Translations under genes and position numbers: made by a program
The notes under the pieces: model-generated
Databases searched by the model: none
Told to the model about the DNA's origin: nothing
Seen by the model: the letters and a program-made list of their open reading frames with translations, nothing else
NCBI GenBank assembly: GCA_950072105.1
Contig: CATMOE010000045.1
Location: forward strand, 1-29,514
Direction: 5' to 3'
Origin: an uncultured Dehalococcoidia bacterium
Lineage (GTDB): Bacteria; Chloroflexota; Dehalococcoidia; Lucifugimonadales; UBA3495
Length of the DNA stretch: 29,514 nucleotides
Shown: piece after piece, positions 8,285 to 16,465 of the stretch
How positions within the stretch are numbered: the stretch's first letter is position 1
How the letters are laid out: each line of letters begins with the position of its first letter

Positions 8285-9548
8285 CCAGGGCTTCCAGGGC
8301 TTGGCGGACGATCTGTTTTCGTATTTCCCGCTCTTCCTCGGGAGGCAAGTCCGAGTCGCCCAATAGGTTGACGATTCCTTGTCCACGGACGATTCGGTTA
8401 GATCCCACCGCCTTCGCCACGGCGGTCATGGCGGTTACTTGAGCCACGGGAATGCCGGCTTTTTCCAACTCGGTGGTGATCGCAGCGCCGCTACGAGTGC
8501 TGGTCCCTCAAGTCGACGTCAAAATCACCGAATCGACCCCGGCCTCTATCAGCCTGGCCGCCATCTCACGGCCCATGCGCCGGCTGTTTTCCAACGGGTT
8601 GCTGTTTCCGGTGGTCGACAGGAATTCCGGGTGCAGCTTCCCAACCAGGCCGTCCCGCTCCATCTGCCGCAGCACGTCGACGGGCACCAACCGGTGGGGG
8701 TCTTGTTCCACCGGACGGTTGTCGTAGCCGCCGTGGGCGACCTCGTACTCCCCGGCCTGCAATGAGTCCATGCCATCGATGGAGTAGGCTCCCCAAACCT
8801 GGGCAAAAGCCCTGGGTATCTGGTCGGGGTTCCCTTTGGGGACGAGACCGCCGTCGGTGACTATGGCGACGGTCGCTCGGGACATGTCGGGCACCGGCGG
8901 CGGCGCTGGGACTGCTTCAATCGATTTGATCGGCACCTCCGCCTCAAAAGCTTCGCCACGCATCTTGGATAGAAGCATGCCGGTCAGGCGGCGGGCGGCG
9001 GTGTTTTCGACGAATTCGGACCGGAGTTTGCCCTGGGAGAAATAACCTTCGTCAGCCGGACGTCCGATGACTCCCTGGGCGGCTAGTTTGTTTGCCAGCC
9101 GTGCCATGTCCGCCAACACATCCCTCATCCGGGAAACGTCATCCCCCGAGTCCACGATGTAGATCGATTCACGGTAAAGGTCCACGCCGGGGTTCTCTCC
9201 GGCCATGGCTGTAACCGCTGGAATGCCCAGGTCTTCTTGAACGGCGGCGCATACCGCTCCGGCGGCGGTCCCATACCGGCCTGCCTGAAAGCAAGGACCG
9301 GCCACGAAGAGTTCGGCTTGAGCTTCTTTGACCTGTTGAGTGACCATGGCGGTCACTTCTTGGACGTTCTCGGCGGCGTAGTTATCTCCGCATATTATGG
9401 TGGTGACTACCTGGGTCCCGTCACCCAAGACCTGTTCAAGCAACCGGCCGGGTCCCACCGCGCCGGGACGAATCTCCGGCGGTAAACCGGCCTGTTCCTC
9501 GCCGCCAATCCCGCCGAAAAACTGGTTCAGGTAGTGGACTACTCGCAT
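8256..9548 (-). CDS. grdB: Glycine/betaine/sarcosine/D-proline reductase family selenoprotein B (430 aa, Sec encoded by in-frame UGA at 8508-8510)
   Basis: N-term MRVVHYLNQFFGGIGGEE, GPCFQAGRYG, HGGYD and DPHRLVPVD. After VILTST-TGA the same frame continues GTSTRSGAAITTELEKAGIPVAQVTAM...VGSNRIV, the typical GrdB C-terminus, to TAA at 8256. Symbol is family-level only. Confidence 0.92.
8480..8496 (-). promoter_or_regulatory. Putative bacterial SECIS hairpin
   Basis: mRNA UGA-GGGACCAGCAC-UCGUAGC-GGC-GCUGCGA: 7-bp stem (one G.U) starting 12 nt after the UGA, with a G-first apical loop. Confidence 0.65.
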
Positions 9549-9578
9549 CAGGTATCCTTTGCCGGGTGGAATAAGTCC

Positions 9579-10880
9579 TTAGTAAATTATCGATTGCAGC
9601 CGGGACGCGCCCTGGTTGTTGGTTACTCCGCACACGCTGACGCCTGGCAATTCCTTTAGATCTGCCAGCAAGGTCTCCACCTCCGGGTTGCCGGCGATGA
9701 CCGTTTCGACGGCAGGGGCCGGCCAAGAGATGTCGGCGGCTTCGCTTACGTTGACCACGGCATCCACACCGGGGATGTTCATCAGCGCCGCCGACTCGGC
9801 CCGCCGGTCCGGGGCCGTGTCGCTGACCATGATTGCCGTTTTTATCCCCAGGTCCTCGCACAGCCGGGCTGTCTCGAACATGTCTGAATGGGGCGCGCCA
9901 CCGGCGTATTTGGTGATTATCACGCCATCGGCCTTAAATGTGTGCTTGACGATCTGGGCCGCCACCATGCAGTTTCGGTTGAGTTCATCAAGTTGTCCCG
10001 ACGATGTCGTGGCGACGACCCCGGCGAAGGTGATCTCCTTCGCTTCGTGAAGCCGGTACAGGTCCAGAATTATGGGATGGTTCTGGTGGAAGTAGGTGTC
10101 TAGCCCCCGCGCCCCCCAGGAATAAGAAACCACCACGGCTCCGTCCAGCCACTCGTTGGGGTGCAACGGCACTGGCAGCATCCCCCGGGTGTTGCCGCCG
10201 TAAAGGATGTTCTCGTCAACTTCCGTTCCGTGCTGGTGGCCGTGGATCTGGCCGATGTAAGCCACTCTGGGCAGATCCTTACGTCCGTCTTCACCCGCTC
10301 CGTCTAGATCGAAAACCTGGGTACTGTCGGGAGTCTTGCCTTGGGCGGTCCGGGCCAGGTACACGGAGGCTTTTACTGAAGCTAGGCGTAGGGCGTTGAG
10401 GACGGAATGGCGCGCCACTTCGGGGTGGGGGTGGGGTACCACGACCAGATGGCGCAGATTCCCGTAGGAGGAAGCTTGGGATGGCGGACCGCTCATCTCC
10501 AGTATTTTGGCGATCCCGCCACGCCGGGAAGTATACCCGCGTTCTCCACCCGGTTGGCCGCCGTCCACCACGGCAACTGCGGTGCCTCTAAGAACGTGGG
10601 TCGTGCCTTGGCCTGCCGCGGCGATAGGGCTCAAGATACCGGGAAAATCGGGTCCGGCGCCGGTTTCTTTAGCGCGAGGTTCCACGATATCGAACACATA
10701 GCCGACCCGGCAGGAATCGCCGGGGCCGACGATCTCCAAGTCCACACTTTCTAGCCGCTGGTCCTCAAGGAGATATCGGCGCAATTCTTCCAGATCGACC
10801 TGAAGGCGCGACCCGTCCAGTAGGGTTTTGGGGCCGGCGAAAAATGCGGTGATGGGGTGATTTGCCAGGGTTAACGTCAC
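9579..10880 (-). CDS. grdE: Glycine/sarcosine/betaine reductase protein B alpha/beta (GrdE/GrdG/GrdI-family) subunit
   Basis: DIVEPRAK, FPG, GQGTTHVLRG, LPRVAYI, LHPNEWLDGAVV, TYFHQNHPII and ADGVIITK. Directly upstream of the grdB-like gene; RBS AAGGAG before GTG. Symbol is family-level only. Confidence 0.88.
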   Translation of the reverse strand: MTLTLANHPITAFFAGPKTLLDGSRLQVDLEELRRYLLEDQRLESVDLEIVGPGDSCRVGYVFDIVEPRAKETGAGPDFPGILSPIAAAGQGTTHVLRGTAVAVVDGGQPGGERGYTSRRGGIAKILEMSGPPSQASSYGNLRHLVVVPHPHPEVARHSVLNALRLASVKASVYLARTAQGKTPDSTQVFDLDGAGEDGRKDLPRVAYIGQIHGHQHGTEVDENILYGGNTRGMLPVPLHPNEWLDGAVVVSYSWGARGLDTYFHQNHPIILDLYRLHEAKEITFAGVVATTSSGQLDELNRNCMVAAQIVKHTFKADGVIITKYAGGAPHSDMFETARLCEDLGIKTAIMVSDTAPDRRAESAALMNIPGVDAVVNVSEAADISWPAPAVETVIAGNPEVETLLADLKELPGVSVCGVTNNQGASRLQSIIY

Positions 10881-10911
10881 GCGACTCCTTCTTCAAGGGA
10901 AAACTTACTAA

Positions 10912-10964
10912 ATCAGCCCGGCGCCGCATCCATCATACCTGACTAGGAGCGATACCGGGCTGAT
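10912..10964 (-). terminator. Long hairpin between cupin and grdE-like gene (terminator/attenuator candidate)
   Basis: Perfect 10-bp arms atcagcccgg (10912-10921) and ccgggctgat (10955-10964) with an extendable inner stem. Followed on the minus strand by TTAGTAAGTTTT. Confidence 0.45.
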
Positions 10965-11027
10965 CGATTTTCGTGGTTTGGGCGCCGTCCATTCGCGAGT
11001 GGATTATGGGGTAGGAAGGCGCGGGAA

Positions 11028-11600
11028 CTAACGGTCCATTTTCTTAACAGTATTGGCATTGGGGTCGTACTGATACCGGGTTACCTCGGTCAGTTTCTGA
11101 GACTCCAAGCGGACCACCAAAGCCCTTCCTCCGGTGATGTTTTCGGTGTGGTGAATCTCTCCCGGAAGGAAGAACGCTACCTTACCGTTTTTCTGGACAA
11201 AGCTGCCGGTCTCTTTGATCCGGGGAGTATCAACGCCTTCCCCTTTGTAGAACCAGCGCCACTTGGTCTGCTTGATGGCTCCGTCGTATACGCCGTAGAC
11301 AACCCAAGCTGCTCCGTGGTCGTGGGGGAGGTTGTCTTGGCCGGGTTTCTGAACGGTGCACATCAATAGGAAACCGGGCTCCGGGCTGCCGGAGTTTTCA
11401 TCAAAGTGGAGGTCGTACCGGCCGAACCCGCCTTCCTCGGGAAGGTTCAACTTTTCTTCCAACCAATCTGGGACATCCAGCAACACCTGCATGTGATCGG
11501 CCACGGCTTGGGCCTGTGCCAAAGGGTCCTTAGTGGAAGCGAAAATCTCTTTCACGTCGTCTACGAAAGCTTCCATGGTATAAGTCGCGGTTTGCGTCAT
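11028..11600 (-). CDS. Cupin (double-stranded beta-helix) metalloprotein, cysteine/thiol dioxygenase-like
   Basis: PHDHGAAWVVYGVYDG...PGEIHH 3-His cupin motifs; RBS AGGAGG. Confidence 0.8.
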   Translation of the reverse strand: MTQTATYTMEAFVDDVKEIFASTKDPLAQAQAVADHMQVLLDVPDWLEEKLNLPEEGGFGRYDLHFDENSGSPEPGFLLMCTVQKPGQDNLPHDHGAAWVVYGVYDGAIKQTKWRWFYKGEGVDTPRIKETGSFVQKNGKVAFFLPGEIHHTENITGGRALVVRLESQKLTEVTRYQYDPNANTVKKMDR

Positions 11601-11734
11601 CCCTAACCTCCTACGCTAGCGGCTAATGCTAAAGTTGGGCTCAATTGTGATGGGCAACCGTCTAAGTGTCAACCTGGCGTTGCTCCGTATTTTCAACATG
11701 TTTCATTGTTCCCGGCGAGTCTGAGCGGCGACCA

Positions 11735-11763
11735 TTGACGAGGGCACACCGCAGTGGTAGATT
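11735..11763 (+). promoter_or_regulatory. Sigma70 promoter with extended -10 for the isochorismatase-family gene
   Basis: TTGACG, 17 nt spacer ending TGG, then TAGATT. Confidence 0.65.
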
Positions 11764-11854
11764 CTTGGCAATAAGCAGCGTCAGATCTGTGGGTGCGGTA
11801 CTCGCATTTCGCCGTATGACGCCCAATCATCCGGCGCAGATTAGGAGACTTCAA

Positions 11855-12574
11855 ATGACTCAACGAGTATGGGACTCTTTTCTCACGGAGCAAGACCAAG
11901 CCCACCTGGCGCTCACCGGGCGCAAGCCCGTGGGGTTTGGCGAAAAGCCGGCCCTGCTGTTGGTGGACCTGTACCGGTGGGTCTTCGGTGACGACCCCGA
12001 GCCGTTGCTGGAAGGGATCAAGACCTGGCCGTCGAGTTGCGGACTGGCGGCGTGGGATGCTATTCCCCATATCCAGACATTGCTCCAAGCGGTCAGAAAC
12101 GCCGGGATACCCGTCATCCACATGACGGGCCTTGACGGTTGCGGCGTAGAGGGATGGAGCACTCGCAAGGGAGACCGTCGGCCGGTTGACACCGACCCAG
12201 CCGCCGCCGACCGGCGAAGCCGCGAATATGACATCATCGATGAAGTCGCGCCCATAGACGGCGAGGCATTCCTGCGAAAGTCTTCGCCCAGCAGCTTCTG
12301 GGGCACTCCCTTGGCGGGACACTTGAACTACCTGGGAGTGGATACCATCATCACGGTTGGAGAGAGCACCAGCGGCTGCGTCCGGGCCAGTGTGGTGGAT
12401 GGTTGCACCAACCGGTACCGAATGATCGTGGTTGAGGAATGCGTGTTTGACCGCCATGAAGCCGCACACGCCATCAACCTCTTCGACATGAACCAGAAAT
12501 ACGCCGACGTTCTGTCCCTGGCCGACGTACTGGAATGGATCGCCGACTGGAAAGCAAGAAAGGACGAATCCTAA
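11855..12574 (+). CDS. Isochorismatase-family cysteine hydrolase (maleamate amidohydrolase / N-carbamoylsarcosine amidase-like)
   Basis: GFGEKPALLLVD, K-SSPSSFWGT and GESTSGCVRASVVD give the D-K-C triad; FDMNQKYADV. RBS AGGAG at 11843. Confidence 0.9.
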   Translation: MTQRVWDSFLTEQDQAHLALTGRKPVGFGEKPALLLVDLYRWVFGDDPEPLLEGIKTWPSSCGLAAWDAIPHIQTLLQAVRNAGIPVIHMTGLDGCGVEGWSTRKGDRRPVDTDPAAADRRSREYDIIDEVAPIDGEAFLRKSSPSSFWGTPLAGHLNYLGVDTIITVGESTSGCVRASVVDGCTNRYRMIVVEECVFDRHEAAHAINLFDMNQKYADVLSLADVLEWIADWKARKDES

Positions 12575-12614
12575 GCCCGCGCCGATCGGCGTCCGCCACA
12601 CACACGTAACATCC

Positions 12615-12659
12615 AAATCCCCCCAACCCCCCTTTACGAAAGGGGGGTTGGGGGGATTT
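12615..12659. repeat. REP-like palindrome family A, full perfect hairpin
   Basis: aaatccccccaacccccc-ttt-acg-aaa-ggggggttggggggattt; 21-bp perfect arms. Confidence 0.9.
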
Positions 12660-12695
12660 CCCCACTGCCCCCATTCTCAATCAAACGGAGCCGCC

Positions 12696-13523
12696 ATGCA
12701 GGACCTTTCCTACCCCGGCGCGATAACATCGGTGGTAAATTTTGGCGACCGGGTCAAGGGTTTCCTGGCCGTACCGGAGAATCAGTCCGGTCTTTTTGGG
12801 GCGGTGATCTTGGGCCACGAGCGTTACGGCTTGGCGCAACACACCCTGGACCTGACGGCCAAGTTTGCCGCCCACGGGTACGTCGGTCTAGCGCCGGACC
12901 TGTTTTCCCGATGGGAAGGGGATGTAGAAGCGTTGAACCGGGGCGACGTTCGGGTGACCCTCACCGACGACGATCTCAGGTCTTACCTGGGCGATAGCCT
13001 GGACTATCTGCTGAATCATCCCCAAGTTGACCCCGGCCGCATCGCCGCCATGGGGGTCTGCCAAAGTGGGGATTATCCCCTGGTTTTGAACAGTGTCCGG
13101 AAAGAGATCTGCGCGAATATCGTGGTATATGGCGGCGCCCAAGCTAAGGTCTGGGAGGTGGACGAGGCCAGACCCGTACCCTATGAAACCATTCTGGACG
13201 GCATCCAAGCGCCGATACTGGGAATCTTTGGCGAGCACGATCAGGTGGTTTCGGTGGACGACGTTCGGCATCTGCAAGACGTGTTGCAAGCCAAGCGAAA
13301 GACCTACGAGTTCAAGCTATTCAGGGAGATGCCCCACGGTTGGTTCAATTCCACCATGCCCGGACGCTACCGGCCCAAAGAGGCCGAAGAAGCCTGGTCG
13401 TTAATATTGGATTTCTTAAGCAGGGTCCATGATGGAGGGTTTCCCCCGGACCGGGTCATTTGGAAGTTCGAATCCAACATCGCTTCGGACTACGACTTTA
13501 CTACCAAAGTGAGACTGGCCTGA
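12696..13523 (+). CDS. Dienelactone hydrolase family protein
   Basis: HERYGL, APDLF, nucleophile GVCQSG, GEHD and PHGW (C-D-H triad). RBS GGAG. Confidence 0.88.
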   Translation: MQDLSYPGAITSVVNFGDRVKGFLAVPENQSGLFGAVILGHERYGLAQHTLDLTAKFAAHGYVGLAPDLFSRWEGDVEALNRGDVRVTLTDDDLRSYLGDSLDYLLNHPQVDPGRIAAMGVCQSGDYPLVLNSVRKEICANIVVYGGAQAKVWEVDEARPVPYETILDGIQAPILGIFGEHDQVVSVDDVRHLQDVLQAKRKTYEFKLFREMPHGWFNSTMPGRYRPKEAEEAWSLILDFLSRVHDGGFPPDRVIWKFESNIASDYDFTTKVRLA

Positions 13524-13573
13524 CAAAGAAACTTGACCGTCGCACCGGGGACATTGTCTCAGCGGAAGTCCAA

Positions 13574-13640
13574 TGGATCCCGGCCTGCGCCGGAATGACG
13601 AATGCACACTGGAATGACGAACGCATACGGGAATGATGAA
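13574..13640. repeat. Family B REP half followed by 19-bp tandem repeats (ggaatgacgaa...)
   Basis: tggatcccggcctgcgccggaatgac at 13574-13599; units start at 13592, 13611 and 13630. Confidence 0.75.
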
Positions 13641-13780
13641 GTGTGCGGCCGAAGATCGGCGTTTCTATCTTCGGAGCAATGATGATCGTATAACTGATAA
13701 ACTACCTGCCGGTGCCTTCAGATTACAATATTCGGCAGTTTTGATATAGTTAACATGGCGTTCACCGAATAGGAGAAGAC

Positions 13781-15094
13781 ATGCTCACCGTAAAAGAAAA
13801 CGACAGATTGACCCGGGTTGGTCCTAACACGCCCATGGGCGAGTTGATGCGCCGTTACTGGCAGCCCATCGCCGCGGCGGTGGAACTGGACGACAATCCG
13901 GTTAAACCCGTTAAGCTGCTGGGTGAGTCCCTGATCCTTTACCGCGACCGAAAGGGAACGCTGGGCTTGATCGGCGATACTTGTCCCCACCGGCGTATTT
14001 CCTTGGCCTACGGAATCCCCGAAGAAGGCGGGTTGCGGTGTGCATACCACGGCTGGATGTTCAGCGAGACCGGACAATGTGTGGAAATGCCGGCGGAAGC
14101 CCCGGACAGCAGTTTCCCCAGCCGCGTCAAGATTACCGGATACCCAGTTCAGGAAATATCCGGCCTGATCTTCGCCTACCTGGGGCCCGAGCCAACACCC
14201 TTGCTGCCTAGGTGGGACCTGTTCGTCTGGGATAACGTTCTTAGAGATATCGGAAGCACCGTTGTTCCCTGCAACTGGCTCCAGATCATGGAGAACTCTT
14301 TGGATCCGACCCACGTTGAGTGGCTGCACGGCCGGTTCTCCAACTATGTGTTAGAGAGGCTTGGCCGGGACGATCTGAAGCGGGAGTTCTTCCGGGTGGG
14401 AGAAGGCGCCTCCGGAGCGGAAGGACAGGTAACCAACAATTTCGACCATGAGAAGATAGGATTCGACGAGTTCCAACACGGCATCATCAAGAGGCGGGTG
14501 GTGGCCGGCCGGACTGAAGAGCATCCAGACTGGCGCATCGGCCATCCCATCCTCTTCCCCAACATCTTGCGAGTGGGAAGCAACTTCCAATATCGGGTCC
14601 CGATGGACGACACCCACACGCTGCACATTTGGTTCACGGCGTATCCCCAGCCGCCTGGGGAGACGGTCGAGAAACAGGACAAGGTTCCCTTCTACCATGT
14701 GCCACTGCCCGTTGACGAGCAAGGGGTGGCAGATTGGCAGTTGATGGACAACAACAGCGGTCAGGACATTACGGCCTGGGTTACCCAAGGGCCTATCGCG
14801 GACCGGTCTCAGGAGAAGTTGGGAGAGTCGGACAAAGGCATCATCATCTACCGGCGCATGTTGCGGCAGCAACTGGCTATCATCGAGGATGAAGGCGAAC
14901 CTATGAACGTCTTCCGCAATCCGGAGTCAAATGTCTGCATCGACCTGCCCTGGGAAGGGAGCGAAGACCCCTGGGCTTATGCTAGGCGAGGCTTGATGCG
15001 CCGTACCAGCGCCGCTGGAAAGTACGCCCCAGTCCTCAGAGAAATGGTGGCGAGATTGGACGGCGAGGAAGCTCTTAAGGGGCCGGTCCACTAA
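13781..15094 (+). CDS. Rieske non-heme iron oxygenase (phthalate 4,5-dioxygenase / LigX-like alpha subunit)
   Basis: LTRVGPNTPMGELMRRYWQP, Rieske CPHR...CAYHGW, mononuclear Fe ENSLDPTHVEWLH, GQD...QGPIADRSQEKLGESDKG. RBS AGGAG. Confidence 0.93.
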   Translation: MLTVKENDRLTRVGPNTPMGELMRRYWQPIAAAVELDDNPVKPVKLLGESLILYRDRKGTLGLIGDTCPHRRISLAYGIPEEGGLRCAYHGWMFSETGQCVEMPAEAPDSSFPSRVKITGYPVQEISGLIFAYLGPEPTPLLPRWDLFVWDNVLRDIGSTVVPCNWLQIMENSLDPTHVEWLHGRFSNYVLERLGRDDLKREFFRVGEGASGAEGQVTNNFDHEKIGFDEFQHGIIKRRVVAGRTEEHPDWRIGHPILFPNILRVGSNFQYRVPMDDTHTLHIWFTAYPQPPGETVEKQDKVPFYHVPLPVDEQGVADWQLMDNNSGQDITAWVTQGPIADRSQEKLGESDKGIIIYRRMLRQQLAIIEDEGEPMNVFRNPESNVCIDLPWEGSEDPWAYARRGLMRRTSAAGKYAPVLREMVARLDGEEALKGPVH

Positions 15095-15149
15095 GCTGGC
15101 AGTTCATTAGTTGATACTTTCCCGCGATCAACAAGGTTAGGAGTAACTA

Positions 15150-15362
15150 GTGAAACTCGAGGATCTATCGGTCGGCCTCAACGTCCTGCTAGACACCGGC
15201 GATCTGGCCGAAGTAATCTCGATAAACGACCAGGAGCAGACCGTTCGTATCTGCTACCTGGATGCGTTGGGTCAGCCGGAGTTGGTTGGCTCGGAAGTCT
15301 GGCTCTTGGCCGACGAGGTTATCTCCATCGATATGGGGTCTCACTCGGAAGGGCGCACCTAA
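15150..15362 (+). CDS. Small hypothetical protein (70 aa, predicted beta-rich)
   Basis: AGGAG RBS before GTG; co-directional 55 nt after the Rieske gene; acidic, alternating hydrophobic pattern. Confidence 0.7.
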   Translation: MKLEDLSVGLNVLLDTGDLAEVISINDQEQTVRICYLDALGQPELVGSEVWLLADEVISIDMGSHSEGRT

Positions 15363-15410
15363 CTCGGTGGCCGTGGGCGGGATAAACCGCCGTTTAAATC
15401 ATCCAGCGTT

Positions 15411-15438
15411 GTAGGGGCGCATGGCCGTGCGCCCCTAC
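15411..15438. repeat. GTAG-type REP palindrome (gtaggggcgcatggccgtgcgcccctac)
   Basis: Near-perfect palindrome with a GTAG...CTAC boundary; intergenic. Confidence 0.75.
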
Positions 15439-15496
15439 GTGATTCCCATATTTCTTCCTATGATTCTTTGAGAATCGGCATTCCAGGAGCAAAGAT

Positions 15497-16453
15497 ATGT
15501 CCCCTACCGGAGTTTCCTTTGGAATCCATCTGCCGGTCAGGATACTACCCGGCGCCGGACCCAATCCGCCCTCAGCGGCTCTCCTCGTTGATACGGTAGA
15601 CGCCGCCAAGAAGTCTGGATTCTCTTCCGTATGGGTGACCGACCATATCGTCTACATGGATCCTTGGCTGGACTGCATGATGATGCTGGCCGCCATCGCG
15701 GGGCAGGCGAACAATCTTGGTATGACTATTGCAACCGGAGTGCTTGGCCTGCCCCTGCGCCACCCTGCGGCGATTGCCCAGACGTTGGCGACCTTAGACG
15801 TTCTGAGCGGTGGCAACCTGATAATCGGCGTGGGAGAGGGCTCCACCGAGTCCGACTTCTTGGCGCTGGGCATCCCATTCCAAGAACGGCGGAAGATGCT
15901 GGAGGACGGGGTGCCGGCGTTGCGGGCTTTGCTCAGTGGAGAGAACGTCAGTCACCACGGACCTTACTACGATTTCGACAACGTTACCGTCGCCCCTAGG
16001 GGATTACAGCAGCCGTGCGTGCCCATCTGGCTTTCCAGTTGGGGGTCACCGGCGGGGATGCGCCGGGTGGCCCGCTTGGGCGACGGTTGGGTGTCCTCCG
16101 GCTGGCACTCCACGCCCGAGGAATTCAACGAGGCGTTGAATAATCTGGATACGGCCCTCAAGAACCGGGGCAAGGACCCGGGCAGTTTCCCCAACGCAGT
16201 GAACACCATTTTCATGTATATCGATGAAGATGGGGACCAGGCAAGGTCGGTGGCCGTGCCAATCATCGAGCAGACGATTCGGGCCAAGTTCGAAACCGAA
16301 GGTGGACATTTCCTGGTGGGTAGCTACCAGGAGTGCCAGGATCTGCTGCGGCGGTGGATGGCGGCCGGCGCTAAGGAGATCTGCCTTTGGCCGGTGACCG
16401 ATGCCGTGACCCAGGTGCAGCGATTCGGCCAGTTCTTGCTGCCCGGGTTATAG
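15497..16453 (+). CDS. LLM-class flavin-dependent oxidoreductase
   Basis: SVWVTDH, LPLRHP, TLDVLSGGNLIIGVG and RRVARLGDGW; RBS AGGAG. Confidence 0.9.
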   Translation: MSPTGVSFGIHLPVRILPGAGPNPPSAALLVDTVDAAKKSGFSSVWVTDHIVYMDPWLDCMMMLAAIAGQANNLGMTIATGVLGLPLRHPAAIAQTLATLDVLSGGNLIIGVGEGSTESDFLALGIPFQERRKMLEDGVPALRALLSGENVSHHGPYYDFDNVTVAPRGLQQPCVPIWLSSWGSPAGMRRVARLGDGWVSSGWHSTPEEFNEALNNLDTALKNRGKDPGSFPNAVNTIFMYIDEDGDQARSVAVPIIEQTIRAKFETEGGHFLVGSYQECQDLLRRWMAAGAKEICLWPVTDAVTQVQRFGQFLLPGL

Positions 16454-16465
16454 GACCGGGCAGGA

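Noticed and set aside
8256..8468. Independent 70-aa gene (e.g. grdA)
   Set aside because: It is the in-frame C-terminus of the GrdB-family selenoprotein.
11693..12616. 307-aa minus-strand ORF
   Set aside because: Antisense shadow of the isochorismatase-family gene.
13592..13645. Short repeat-spacer pattern as a mini-CRISPR
   Set aside because: The 11-nt repeats and 8-nt spacers are far too short and derive from a REP end.
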